DNA of 64,000 bases from a virus. A program made the position numbers and the translations under genes. This document shows, in pieces, positions 19,929 to 29,458 of the stretch (positions are counted from its first letter, which is position 1; each line of letters starts with the position of its first letter). The notes below the pieces were generated by a model that ran no database searches, was not told the origin of the DNA, and saw only the letters and a list, made by a program, of their open reading frames with translations. The DNA is taken from the IMG/VR virus record IMGVR_UViG_3300044608_002890, one strand, 5' to 3'.

Positions 19929-22122
19929 TCCGTCGGGTCCGCTTAGCGCCGGCGGACCAGCCACAGGCATCAGCATAAACCTCGAGCTCGTAGGCCTGCT
20001 CAACGAACGTTCCAATGTGTCTGCAGCCAGTCTAGGCGACAATGTATTCAGATGTCTGGCCAACGTATCCAATGGCACCAGACCTGGCGATGGCAGTTTT
20101 CATATCAATACCACAAGTTCCATTAGCATGAGCAACTTTTATGGTCGTGGTCTGCCCACCAGCGTAGAATACCTTGTTGTTGCTGGGGGTGGTGGTGGAC
20201 ACTCTGGTACGATTTTTGGGGGCGGTGGTGGTGCTGGCGGATTTCTCTGGGGCAATGCCAACATAGTAGCTGGTTGCAATTACGAGGTTATAGTTGGTGC
20301 CGGTGGTTCTGGCACGGCTCCATCCAACTTTTTCTGTACGTATGCATTTCGCTCAAGGGGTGGCAACAGTGTTTTTGGAAGTGTCACGGCCTGTGGTGGA
20401 GGTGGTGGCGGCGGTCATCAAATAACAGGTCCTGCTGCTGTAAACTGGCAAGCCTATCCAGCTGAAACCGGCGGCAGTGGTGGCGGTGGTGGCTACTGTA
20501 GACCGGGTTGCGCAGTTAACCCCAAACCCGGTGCTGCAGGTACGCCTGGTCAGGGTAATAGTGGAGGAAGTGCCCTAAGTGCACCTTCTAGTCTGTTGGC
20601 TGCTGGTGGTGGCGGTGGAGCTTGCTCAGCTGGAAGCAATGGTTCAGCGTTTCCAGTGGTCCTGGGTGGTGCCGGCGGCGCTGGCTGTTATTCGACCATT
20701 ACAGGATCCAACGTAGCCTATGCCGGTGGCGGTGGTGGCGGTGCTAGCATTGCCCCAGCGGCTTCTCCGGGAGGTGTGGGTGGTGGAGGTCAAGGATCAA
20801 GGGCAAGCCCGGTCATAAGCAATGCTACGGCTGGAACTGTCAATACCGGTGGTGGTGGCGGAGGTGGCAGTATAACACCAGGTCTAGCAAATCATCAAAT
20901 GAGTCAATCAGGGGGATCGGGCATTGTTGTGTTGGCCTATTCAAGCAACATAGGACCCATACCCTACATCAGTCCATCTTTGACTTTCACTGTAAGTTGT
21001 ACCAGCCGACCAGGTTTTCATGTATATTGTTTTACTTCGGGTCGTGGTGTGGTGCGTTGGGGCATAGATCCCGGCAACATAAGAGCCGATGTATTGGTTG
21101 TAGCCGGTGGCGGCAGTGGTGGTTCAGCAGCACCAGCCATCGAACATGCTATGGGTGGCGGTGGTGCTGGTGGATTAATTCTTACCGGAGCAGTGCTCAG
21201 ACCCAATGTTCTTTATACAGTCACAGTGGGTGCTGGAGCTCCGGGCACCACTGTCTCCCCCAGCCCAGTTGCTGTCGTCGCACCTGGATCAACAGGGAGC
21301 AACAGCGTGTTCGCCAACACTGCAGTAGGTCTTGCTTTTTGTGCCAAAGGTGGTGGGGGTGGTGCTGCAGGCCTATTTTGTGCGCCACTGTATCCCACTG
21401 TGGCCTGTCCAGGCCAAGATGGTGGTAGTGGTGGCGGTATGGGTGGTGGAGGACCTGCAAATTTTCAAGCCGGTGGTAGACCAATTGATACAGCCGGAGC
21501 ATTCATAGGCAATGGCATACAGGGTTACGAAGGTGGCAACAGGACTGTAGCGGGTCCTGCAGGTAATGGCGGCGGAGGAGGTGGAGGAGCTTCACAATGC
21601 GGGCAACATGCAGCTGTTCCGCCATCAACAAGTTCCAATGGCGGCAATGGTGGTGCCGGTCGTGCCACCACCATAGCGGGCCCGTCGACCACCTATGGTG
21701 GCGGCGGCGGAGGTGGCGGTGGTGCGCTGAGACCAACCTTTCCAAACTTCAATGCGAGCTCAGCTCCCGGTGGCATAGGTGGTGCCGGTGGCGGTGGCAA
21801 TGGTGGCGGTCCCAGAGTTTCTACACCAGCTCCCCTGCAAGGATGCACTACCTGGGGTTGTCCGGGTACAGTCAATACCGGTGGTGGCGGTGGTGGTGGT
21901 GGCGGACAATGGCCATCGACTCCATTTCCTGCTCACGTAAACTGTGGTGGTGGTGGAGGTTCAGGCATAGTCATAGTAGCTTACCCAGACTGCTGGGGCA
22001 ACATTGCCAGTGTGACGCCTGGTTTGACATACACAGCCAAAATGCCCGGAGCTCCGGGTTGCAGAGCCGGCTACAGAGTGTACTGTTTTACTGCAGGAAC
22101 AGGCACAATTTGCTGGTCATAA
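19918..22122 (+). CDS. glycine-rich (polyglycine II-type) tail protein / putative adhesin with two tandem domains
   Basis: Two modules, each beginning (E/D)xLVVAGGG and ending NTGGGGGG..GGSGIVxxAY, with Pro/Cys-rich loops between the Gly runs. Overlaps the end of the fibre gene. Confidence 0.75.
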   Translation: MALNPSGPLSAGGPATGISINLELVGLLNERSNVSAASLGDNVFRCLANVSNGTRPGDGSFHINTTSSISMSNFYGRGLPTSVEYLVVAGGGGGHSGTIFGGGGGAGGFLWGNANIVAGCNYEVIVGAGGSGTAPSNFFCTYAFRSRGGNSVFGSVTACGGGGGGGHQITGPAAVNWQAYPAETGGSGGGGGYCRPGCAVNPKPGAAGTPGQGNSGGSALSAPSSLLAAGGGGGACSAGSNGSAFPVVLGGAGGAGCYSTITGSNVAYAGGGGGGASIAPAASPGGVGGGGQGSRASPVISNATAGTVNTGGGGGGGSITPGLANHQMSQSGGSGIVVLAYSSNIGPIPYISPSLTFTVSCTSRPGFHVYCFTSGRGVVRWGIDPGNIRADVLVVAGGGSGGSAAPAIEHAMGGGGAGGLILTGAVLRPNVLYTVTVGAGAPGTTVSPSPVAVVAPGSTGSNSVFANTAVGLAFCAKGGGGGAAGLFCAPLYPTVACPGQDGGSGGGMGGGGPANFQAGGRPIDTAGAFIGNGIQGYEGGNRTVAGPAGNGGGGGGGASQCGQHAAVPPSTSSNGGNGGAGRATTIAGPSTTYGGGGGGGGGALRPTFPNFNASSAPGGIGGAGGGGNGGGPRVSTPAPLQGCTTWGCPGTVNTGGGGGGGGGQWPSTPFPAHVNCGGGGGSGIVIVAYPDCWGNIASVTPGLTYTAKMPGAPGCRAGYRVYCFTAGTGTICWS

Positions 22123-22125
22123 ATA
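22118..22125 (+). promoter_or_regulatory. late promoter variant (CATAAATA)
   Basis: Overlaps the stop of the Gly-rich gene and lies just upstream of the AAGGA RBS and ATG at 22138. Confidence 0.55.
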
Positions 22126-22137
22126 CAAGGAATAAAC

Positions 22138-22512
22138 ATGGCTCATTATGCAATTCTGGATGAGAACAATGTTGTTGTCCAGGTCATAACCGGTAAAGAT
22201 GAACATGAAGGTGATGAAGACTGGGAAGCAGTTTATGCTGAATTCTCTGGTGCAACGGTCAAAAGAACCAGTTATAACACCAGCTTGGGCGTGCATAAAC
22301 ATGGTGGTACGCCTTTTAGAAAAAACTATGCTGGCATAGGCTATAGTTATGATGCAGAAAGAGATGCATTCATTCCACCCAAGCCCTTTGCCAGCTGGAT
22401 ATTGGATGAATTTAGCTGTACCTGGCAACCGCCCGTGGCATATCCCACTGATGTAACACCTGGTGAAATTTGGGTCTGGGATGAAGAACTCATAAACTGG
22501 AGAAAACTCTAG
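22138..22512 (+). CDS. conserved phage hypothetical protein (partner of Gly-rich tail proteins)
   Basis: MAHYAILDENNVVVQVI..RTSYN..FRKNYAGIGYSYD..DAFIPPKPFASWILDE..WQPPVAYP; good RBS. Confidence 0.75.
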   Translation: MAHYAILDENNVVVQVITGKDEHEGDEDWEAVYAEFSGATVKRTSYNTSLGVHKHGGTPFRKNYAGIGYSYDAERDAFIPPKPFASWILDEFSCTWQPPVAYPTDVTPGEIWVWDEELINWRKL

Positions 22513-22530
22513 TATTTTTTGGATATAATC

Positions 22531-23133
22531 ATGCAACAAACCATGAATTTTGACCTAAAACATTATGTATACAGGATAGACAATTTTCTAGATCATGATT
22601 TTTGTCGTTCTCTGATAAAAAAAATAAAAAAATATGATTATTCGGTCAACACCGACAAGAAAACCTGGCACAAGCATTCTTACTATGATAACATAACCGA
22701 AAAAAATATTTCGCATGACAATGATCTAAGCGTTTGTTATGATGATTCTCAAGAAACCAAATACATCCATGACAAGCTCAACCAAGCCGTAGCCGATTAT
22801 CCCAAGCATGTTGGTGTTCGGGACTGGTGTGGTCCAGTCAAAGAATTGTCACATCTGCGTTACAATGGCTACGGTGTCAATACCGAAATGCGACTTCATG
22901 TTGATCATATTCATTCCCTGTTCGATGGACAACGCAAAGGCGTGCCTGTATTGACCTGTTTGGGCACTCTCAACGATAATTATGAAGGTGGAGAATTTCT
23001 GATGTTCAATGGTATGCAATATCCCATGCCTACGGGTACCCTTTTGATTTTTCCCAGCAATTTCCTGTATCCACATGCAGTCAAACCCGTGAAGCGCGGC
23101 ATTCGTTATAGCTATGTAAGTTGGGGGTGGTGA
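22531..23133 (+). CDS. 2OG-Fe(II) oxygenase, prolyl-4-hydroxylase-like
   Basis: HVD facial-triad motif, LNDNYEGGEF, FPSNFLYPHAVKPVKRGIRYS. Start moved from the TTG at 22519 to the ATG at 22531. Confidence 0.85.
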   Translation: MQQTMNFDLKHYVYRIDNFLDHDFCRSLIKKIKKYDYSVNTDKKTWHKHSYYDNITEKNISHDNDLSVCYDDSQETKYIHDKLNQAVADYPKHVGVRDWCGPVKELSHLRYNGYGVNTEMRLHVDHIHSLFDGQRKGVPVLTCLGTLNDNYEGGEFLMFNGMQYPMPTGTLLIFPSNFLYPHAVKPVKRGIRYSYVSWGW

Positions 23134-23134
23134 T

Positions 23135-23731
23135 ATGATCATAAACCCAGTATTTCCCACACCTGTTGGTATTGAAAAATTTGAATCTGGTCTTAGCAAC
23201 AAGGAAATAGATTTCATTAAGAACCTGGAAAAAAGACCCAACATGGGCAATTTAACCAGTGTTGATACATATTTGCTGAGTTTGAAACCCATGGCCAGAC
23301 TCAAGAAATTTTTCACAGAAGCTGTGAACAGCTATTTTCAAGAAGTTTATCAGCCCAAGTTTGATGTAGAATTGCGCATCACACAAACCTGGGCCAATTA
23401 TTCCGAACGTGGCATGTTTCATCATTATCATGCCCATCCCAATAGTTTTGTAAGCGGTGTCTTTTATGTACAGACCAATGAATCGGATAAGATTTTCTTT
23501 AATAAAAATATCTACGAAAATATTCAAATCCCAACAGAGAATTTTAATCTTTTCAACAGCATGAGCTGGTGGTTTCCGGCCGAAGTCAACAATCTCATCA
23601 TGTTCCCTTCGGGTCTACATCACAATGTGCCCGAAGTATCCGAAGAACATACTCGCATCAGCATCAGTTTCAATACCTTTCCCCAGGGTATTCTTGGCAA
23701 CATACACAACTTGACGGAGTGCAAATTGTAA
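23135..23731 (+). CDS. 2OG-Fe(II) oxygenase, TIGR02466-like
   Basis: VFPTP N-terminus, HHYHAHPNSFVSGVFYV, MFPSGLHHNVP..RISISFN. Confidence 0.85.
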   Translation: MIINPVFPTPVGIEKFESGLSNKEIDFIKNLEKRPNMGNLTSVDTYLLSLKPMARLKKFFTEAVNSYFQEVYQPKFDVELRITQTWANYSERGMFHHYHAHPNSFVSGVFYVQTNESDKIFFNKNIYENIQIPTENFNLFNSMSWWFPAEVNNLIMFPSGLHHNVPEVSEEHTRISISFNTFPQGILGNIHNLTECKL

Positions 23732-24636
23732 TGAAAACATCATTCATCATCAACGGTGGTTTAGGCAGAGTAATCACATCCATTCCTGCTCTGGAAAAAT
23801 ACGTAACTCGCAACCCCGAAACTTATGTTTTGGTCTATGCCTGGGCACCCATCATCATGGGCAATAAAATTTTAACCAAACATGTTTATGATGCCTATTC
23901 GGTCAAGGGCATGTTCGACATCATCAAACATACACGCATACAGCAGCCTGAGCCCTATTACAACAGCGATTATCTCAATGGTAGAATCAGCCTGGCCGAT
24001 GCCTGGAACCAGGAAATCAATGCCGATACTGAACCCATGCCCATACCCAGAATTGTGCTGAGAAAAGATGAATTGGTCAATGGTCAGCAAATACGCAAGA
24101 ATTATTATAGGAAAATCATTGCCTTTCAGCCTTTTGGCAGCACCGCAAACATCACAGACAAAGAAGTTGCTGACAATACTAAAAGGTCATTATCGATAAA
24201 TACTACTAGGAGTCTGGTTAAATTTCTCAAGAAGCAGGGCTATGGTATTTGGCTCATGACCGATAAGAACATACCTTTTCTAGAGGCATCGGATTTCATA
24301 AATTATTATACGCAGAATGTAAGAGAAGTAGCAGCTGCGTTGCATGCCTGTGATTATTTCTTGGGCATAGATAGTTCTGGGCAGCACCTGGCCAGGAGTT
24401 TTGATATACCTGGCACCATAATCATGGGCGGTACCAATACAAAAAACGTTACCTATGCCGATCATTTCAACATCTACAATGATGTTCCGGATCGAGCCTA
24501 TATGCCCTATAGATTAACGGATCATGATTGGTGGATAAGCGAGACGCTTAACGAAAACATCATGGAATTTGATGACAAACGAATTAAAGATCTTTGTAAT
24601 AATGTATTGAAACATCTTAGAAAAACGACAAAGTAG
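23731..24636 (+). CDS. GT9/heptosyltransferase-like glycosyltransferase
   Basis: Starts at the ATG overlapping the upstream TAA (MKTSFIINGGLGRVITSIP). Contains IAFQPFGS and AAALHACDYFLGIDSSGQHLARSFDIPG, a GT9-like GT-B signature. Confidence 0.6.
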   Translation: MKTSFIINGGLGRVITSIPALEKYVTRNPETYVLVYAWAPIIMGNKILTKHVYDAYSVKGMFDIIKHTRIQQPEPYYNSDYLNGRISLADAWNQEINADTEPMPIPRIVLRKDELVNGQQIRKNYYRKIIAFQPFGSTANITDKEVADNTKRSLSINTTRSLVKFLKKQGYGIWLMTDKNIPFLEASDFINYYTQNVREVAAALHACDYFLGIDSSGQHLARSFDIPGTIIMGGTNTKNVTYADHFNIYNDVPDRAYMPYRLTDHDWWISETLNENIMEFDDKRIKDLCNNVLKHLRKTTK

Positions 24637-24642
24637 ACTTTA

Positions 24643-24978
24643 ATGGCACGATACCTAGACTTCAGCTTAGACCAAGGCGCATCATTCAGTCGAATCATAA
24701 ACTATCAGGATGCCAACAAGAGTAATCTTAGCCTTGCAGGCTATGATCTAAGAGCACAGATGCGCAGAAGCTATTATAGCTCCAATGCCAATGTCATAAC
24801 TGCTGCGGTATCGGATGCTGCAACCGGTCAGTTTACCCTGAGCATGTTAGCCAATGTAACCAGCAATCTCAAGGCCGGTCGTTGGTTCTATGATGTCGAA
24901 GCCAATACTGCTAATGATGCATCGGTTATAAGAATCATTGAAGGCATCATAACTGTTTTGCCTGGAGTAACTCGATGA
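24643..24978 (+). CDS. conserved structural hypothetical protein upstream of the neck genes
   Basis: LDQGASFS..LAGYDLRAQMRRSYYSS..GRWFYDVE..RIIEGIITVLPGVTR; this type of ORF precedes gp13 in marine T4-like phages. Confidence 0.7.
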   Translation: MARYLDFSLDQGASFSRIINYQDANKSNLSLAGYDLRAQMRRSYYSSNANVITAAVSDAATGQFTLSMLANVTSNLKAGRWFYDVEANTANDASVIRIIEGIITVLPGVTR

Positions 24979-25718
24979 ACCCAACCAATCGTCAAGAACT
25001 AGTAGACTATTGTCTAAGAAGACTGGGGCATCCAGTCATAGAAATCAACGTTGACGACGACCAGATCGAAGATCGCATCGATGATGCCTTTCAATTCTAC
25101 AGAGAATTTCATTACGATGCCGTTGAAATGGTGTATCTCAAACATGAGATGACAGCCAATGACATCAGCAATACCTATGTAACTCTTAGCGATGCCGTAG
25201 TTGGAGTGAATCGCATTCTGCCGTTCAGCAGCAAGACCACCAGCGGCATGAACATCTTTGATATACGCTATCAGATTCTAATAAATGATCTGTACAGCAT
25301 CATGAGTACGGATCTGATTTACTACCAGCAAGTCAAGGGTCAATTGGAATTGATTCAGCAAGTGCTGGTGGGCACCAAACCTGTGCGTTTCAATCGCCAC
25401 ATGAATCGAGTCTACATAGACATGAGCTGGAGCTCGGACATCAAGGCCGGAGAGTTCTTGATCTTTGAATGCTGGCGCATACTGGATCCCAGTACCTATG
25501 CCGATGTATACAATGACATGTGGTTAAAACGCTATGCGACAGCTCTCATCAAACGACAGTGGGGCGACAATCTCAAGAAGTTTGCGGGCATGCAGTTACC
25601 AGGTGGCGTTCAGCTCAATGGACAGCAAATCTACGATGAAGCCATCGAAGACATAAAAAACATTGAAGCTGAAATACGCAGTACCTTTGAGATGCCTGTG
25701 GATTTCTTTACGGGTTAA
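24975..25718 (+). CDS. gp13: neck protein gp13
   Basis: RQELVDYCLRRLGHPVIEINVDDDQIEDRIDDAFQFY..KRQWGDNLKKF..LPGGVQLNG. Confidence 0.92.
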   Translation: MNPTNRQELVDYCLRRLGHPVIEINVDDDQIEDRIDDAFQFYREFHYDAVEMVYLKHEMTANDISNTYVTLSDAVVGVNRILPFSSKTTSGMNIFDIRYQILINDLYSIMSTDLIYYQQVKGQLELIQQVLVGTKPVRFNRHMNRVYIDMSWSSDIKAGEFLIFECWRILDPSTYADVYNDMWLKRYATALIKRQWGDNLKKFAGMQLPGGVQLNGQQIYDEAIEDIKNIEAEIRSTFEMPVDFFTG

Positions 25719-25780
25719 TGAAGTCTTTTTCTTCATTCCCACAGTACCATTGTATGCAGATCTTAGAAGGGTGTCGATAA
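25718..25780 (+). CDS. possible 20-aa micro-ORF MKSFSSFPQYHCMQILEGCR
   Basis: ATG overlaps the gp13 stop (TAATG) and the ORF fills the gp13-gp14 gap; very short. Confidence 0.25.
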   Translation: MKSFSSFPQYHCMQILEGCR

Positions 25781-25784
25781 TCAA

Positions 25785-26549
25785 ATGCCAGTAAACCCAT
25801 ATTTCCATAGCGGCGTGCCCATGGGTAGGCGTTCGGAGCAGAGTCTCTATGAGGATCTGATCATTGAGACACTCAAGATATACGGTCATGAGACCTACTA
25901 TGTGCCGCGTTCTAAATTCAACCAGGACCAGATCTTGACCGAAGATCCCCTGCAGACCTATGAGCATTTTTACCCCCTGGAAATGTATCTGGAAAATGTT
26001 CAGGGCTTTGAGGGTGAAGGTGAACTACTGAGTAAATTCGGAGTTGAGTTGCGTGATACTGCTACTTTCATCGTAAGTCGAAGACGCTGGCAACAACTGG
26101 TAGGAAACTTTGGTCAGACCATCCTACAACGCCCTAGCGAAGGTGATGTCATATATTTTCCTTTGACCAAAAGTTATTTTGAAATCAGGAAGGTCATTGG
26201 CAATGAACCCTTTTACCAGGCCGGTGCGCTGTATGTGTATAAATTGGTCTGTGAACTCATGCAGTACAGCCTGGAGCGCTTCGATACCGGCAATGAAGAA
26301 GTTGATGAATATGCTGATACGGTCATTGCAGCACAGACAACTGCCAATTTTGAAATACAACTAGAAACTGGCGATAGATTCCTCAATGAAAACGGTGAAT
26401 TCATGCTGCTAGAAAGTTATAGCCCCGACAGCTTTGTGCTGGAAGGCCAGACCACAGTAGTATCTCAGAACGCAGCCTTTGATACCGACATTGATGACAT
26501 ACTAGACTTTACGGAACGAAATCCGTTCGGGGAGGTGGCACGTGCTTGA
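25785..26549 (+). CDS. gp14: neck protein gp14
   Basis: EQSLYEDLIIETLKIYG..YYVPR..EMYLENVQGFEGEGELLSKFG..RPSEGDVIYFPL..NPFGE. Confidence 0.92.
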   Translation: MPVNPYFHSGVPMGRRSEQSLYEDLIIETLKIYGHETYYVPRSKFNQDQILTEDPLQTYEHFYPLEMYLENVQGFEGEGELLSKFGVELRDTATFIVSRRRWQQLVGNFGQTILQRPSEGDVIYFPLTKSYFEIRKVIGNEPFYQAGALYVYKLVCELMQYSLERFDTGNEEVDEYADTVIAAQTTANFEIQLETGDRFLNENGEFMLLESYSPDSFVLEGQTTVVSQNAAFDTDIDDILDFTERNPFGEVARA

Positions 26550-27300
26550 TAGAACCTGGTACTGGGGTACTACTCGCAAGGCCATCATTGCCTTTGGTAA
26601 CCTGTTCAACGACATCTATATTCAGCGTCGCAATAGTGCTGGAACTTTAATTCAGAACTTCAAGGTGCCCTTGGCCTATGCTCCACGGCAAAAAATGATT
26701 GCCAGAATTGAGCAACAGCCCAGCATAGACGATCAACGAGCGCAAATAACATTGCCCAGAATGAGTTTTGAAATACTGGGCATGGACTATGATCCTCAGA
26801 GAAAAATAAGTCCCATACAAAGCAATCGTGCAATCTTTAGCAACGATCCTACCAAGATAACACAGCAATACGCACCCACGCCCTACAATCTCAACATAAA
26901 CCTCTATGTCTATGCCAAGAATCAGGATGACGGTCTACAAATCATAGAACAAATTCTTCCTTACTTTAATCCAGACTTCAATCTAAGCCTCAAAGCCATA
27001 CCACAGCTAAACATACAAAACGATCTACCGGTCATCCTGAACAATGTTTCGTACGAAGACGAATACGAAGGTGATTTTGCAGTTCGTAGAGCAATAATTT
27101 GGACACTTGCTTATACGGTTAAGATTAACTACTATGGACCAGCACAACAATCTGGTATCATACGCCGAGTTTATGCCAATACCTTTAGTGATGTTGCTTT
27201 GACTACCAATCTGTCAAACTACTCAGTTTCGGTTACACCGGGCAATGCACAGCCCAATGGCAATTTTGAATTCAGCGAGACGTTTACGGATTTTGAATGA
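26542..27300 (+). CDS. gp15: tail sheath stabiliser / terminator gp15
   Basis: AFGNLFNDI..VPLAYAPRQK..LPRMSFE..QIIEQILPYFNP; GTG start. Confidence 0.92.
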   Translation: MLDRTWYWGTTRKAIIAFGNLFNDIYIQRRNSAGTLIQNFKVPLAYAPRQKMIARIEQQPSIDDQRAQITLPRMSFEILGMDYDPQRKISPIQSNRAIFSNDPTKITQQYAPTPYNLNINLYVYAKNQDDGLQIIEQILPYFNPDFNLSLKAIPQLNIQNDLPVILNNVSYEDEYEGDFAVRRAIIWTLAYTVKINYYGPAQQSGIIRRVYANTFSDVALTTNLSNYSVSVTPGNAQPNGNFEFSETFTDFE

Positions 27301-27710
27301 AGAACATACCCGAGCTCAATGCTCTGTTCAATACCGAACCCATGACCAAGGAAAGCCTGCCCATACCCATGGACAAGCCTGGCCTGAGCATGGATCAACA
27401 AGATGATTTTGACCTGGCTAGACAGACTCTCAGGAGAGTCATACTCAAAGGTCAGGATGTTCTGGACGACATCAGCGAATTGAGTCGCAACAGCGAACAT
27501 CCACGCAACTACGAAGTCACTGGACAGATCATGAAAGCACTAAGTGATACTGCTAAAGATCTTTTGGAACTCCAGAAACGAGCACAGGCACTCAAGACAC
27601 CCGATACCGCAGAAAAACCTGCAGGCAGCATAGGCACACAGAACAACGTAGTATTCGCAGGATCAACCACAGAACTGCTAAAGCTGCTTAGAAACGAAAA
27701 GAGTATCTAA
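27297..27710 (+). CDS. gp16: terminase small subunit gp16
   Basis: DDFDLARQTL..SEHPRNYEVTGQIMK..NNVVFAGSTTELLKLL. Confidence 0.9.
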   Translation: MKNIPELNALFNTEPMTKESLPIPMDKPGLSMDQQDDFDLARQTLRRVILKGQDVLDDISELSRNSEHPRNYEVTGQIMKALSDTAKDLLELQKRAQALKTPDTAEKPAGSIGTQNNVVFAGSTTELLKLLRNEKSI

Positions 27711-29398
27711 TGCAGGCCTCCTACATGGGCAATTCCAACCTCAAGCAGGTTGGGTATAGCATAGATTACACTCCGCATCAGGTTCGGGAAATCATCAAGT
27801 GTAGCCAGGACTACATCTATTTCATAGAAACCTATTGCCAGATTGTGACTCTGGATCATGGCCTGCAACCCTTTAAGCTCTATGATTGCCAGAAACGCAA
27901 GGTGCATACCATCATAGGTAACCGCAAGGTCATACTCATGGAAGGGCGCCAGCAGGGCAAGACCATTACTGCTGCGGCCTGCATACTCTGGTATACACTT
28001 TTCCAGGAAAGCAAAACTGTAGCCATTCTAGCCAACAAGAGTTCCAGTGCTCGTGAAGTTCTGTATCGCTATCAACTCATGTATGAAATGCTGCCCATAT
28101 GGTTGCAACAGGGTGTCAAGACCTGGAACAAGGGCGACATAGAGCTAGAAAATGGTTCTAGAATTTTCACAGCAGCTACAACATCATCTGGTATACGTGG
28201 TAAATCCGTAAACTGGTTATACATAGACGAAGCTGCCATCATACCCAACAATGTAGCCGAAGATTTCTTTACCTCAGTTTATCCTACCATCAGTGCCGGT
28301 GAAACCACAAAGATTCTGCTTACCTCTACGCCCTTGGGCTACAACCATTTCTGGAAGTTCTGGAACGAAGCTGAAGAAGGTCGCAATGGCTTTGTGAATC
28401 TTTTCATACCCTATACAGAGATACCTGGTCGTGATGAAAAATGGGCGCAAGAGCAACGATCCTTGTTGGGAGAACTTCGCTTCAACCAAGAAGTTTTGTG
28501 CAAGTTCCTGGGGTCGAGTCTTACCCTCATTAACGCTGACACCATTGGTCGCCTCAGTCCCAAGACGCCTATCTTCAGCAACGATGGTCTGGACATCTAC
28601 GAAGAACCGCAGCGATCTGTGATGATTGACGGAAAAATGGAAGGCCGCAACCATAACTATGTCATAGTAGCCGATGTCAGTCGTGGTGTGGGTGGTGACT
28701 ACAGCGCATTCGTTGTCATAGATGTTACTGAATACCCGCACAAACTGGTGGCCAAATATAGAAACAACAAAATACATCCCTTGCTTTATACAGATGTCAT
28801 ACACAAAGTAGCCAGGGATTTCAACAAGGCCATGGTGCTCATAGAACTCAATGATAATGGTCAACAGGTAGCCGATACACTCTGGGCCGATCTAGAATAT
28901 GAAAATGTTCTATATGTAAACAATGATTCTAGATCTGGTCAGCACTTGAGCATGGGCGGTAATGGCGCAGTTCCTGGTGTCAGAACCAGCAAACAGGTCA
29001 AACGTCTGGGATGTACATTGATCAAAGGCATCATAGAAAACACCAAGCTATTGATTTTCGATGCAGATGTCATTAGCGAAATGAGTACCTTCATAGAGAA
29101 AAAGAATAGCTATGAAGCCGATGAAGGTTATCATGATGATTTAATCATGTGTCTGGTGTTGTATGGCTGGTTGAGCAATGATACCTACTTCAAAGAAATA
29201 TTGAACAGTAATTTGAAGAAAGAATTGTTTGAAAATCAGACAGCTCTTATCGAAGCCGAATTGACACCGTTCGGCATCATAGATACAGGTTTGAACAACA
29301 GCAATCAGCCCGTAGTAGAAGCCGGTGATGTATGGTTCAACTCTGATCCGTTTTCTGAAATTGACAAAATGAAGCGAAAGTGGTTAGAAAATGTCTAA
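27710..29398 (+). CDS. gp17: terminase large subunit gp17
   Basis: Walker A GRQQGKT, Walker B LYIDE, TSTPLGYNHF, ADVSRGVGGDYSAF nuclease domain, HDDLIM. Confidence 0.97.
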   Translation: MQASYMGNSNLKQVGYSIDYTPHQVREIIKCSQDYIYFIETYCQIVTLDHGLQPFKLYDCQKRKVHTIIGNRKVILMEGRQQGKTITAAACILWYTLFQESKTVAILANKSSSAREVLYRYQLMYEMLPIWLQQGVKTWNKGDIELENGSRIFTAATTSSGIRGKSVNWLYIDEAAIIPNNVAEDFFTSVYPTISAGETTKILLTSTPLGYNHFWKFWNEAEEGRNGFVNLFIPYTEIPGRDEKWAQEQRSLLGELRFNQEVLCKFLGSSLTLINADTIGRLSPKTPIFSNDGLDIYEEPQRSVMIDGKMEGRNHNYVIVADVSRGVGGDYSAFVVIDVTEYPHKLVAKYRNNKIHPLLYTDVIHKVARDFNKAMVLIELNDNGQQVADTLWADLEYENVLYVNNDSRSGQHLSMGGNGAVPGVRTSKQVKRLGCTLIKGIIENTKLLIFDADVISEMSTFIEKKNSYEADEGYHDDLIMCLVLYGWLSNDTYFKEILNSNLKKELFENQTALIEAELTPFGIIDTGLNNSNQPVVEAGDVWFNSDPFSEIDKMKRKWLENV

Positions 29399-29409
29399 TT
29401 ATGGCTTTC

Positions 29410-29417
29410 TATAAATA
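29410..29417 (+). promoter_or_regulatory. T4 late promoter (TATAAATA)
   Basis: Exact consensus, intergenic, upstream of gp18. Confidence 0.85.
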
Positions 29418-29458
29418 AATGGTAATTAATTCGCTATGTCAACTTTAAGGAGAATAAG

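Noticed and set aside
19893-22163. Multiple alternative-frame and antisense ORFs over the Gly-rich gene
   Set aside because: They are shadow ORFs caused by GGN/GGT codon runs (Trp/Arg- or Pro-rich translations) with no RBS or motifs.
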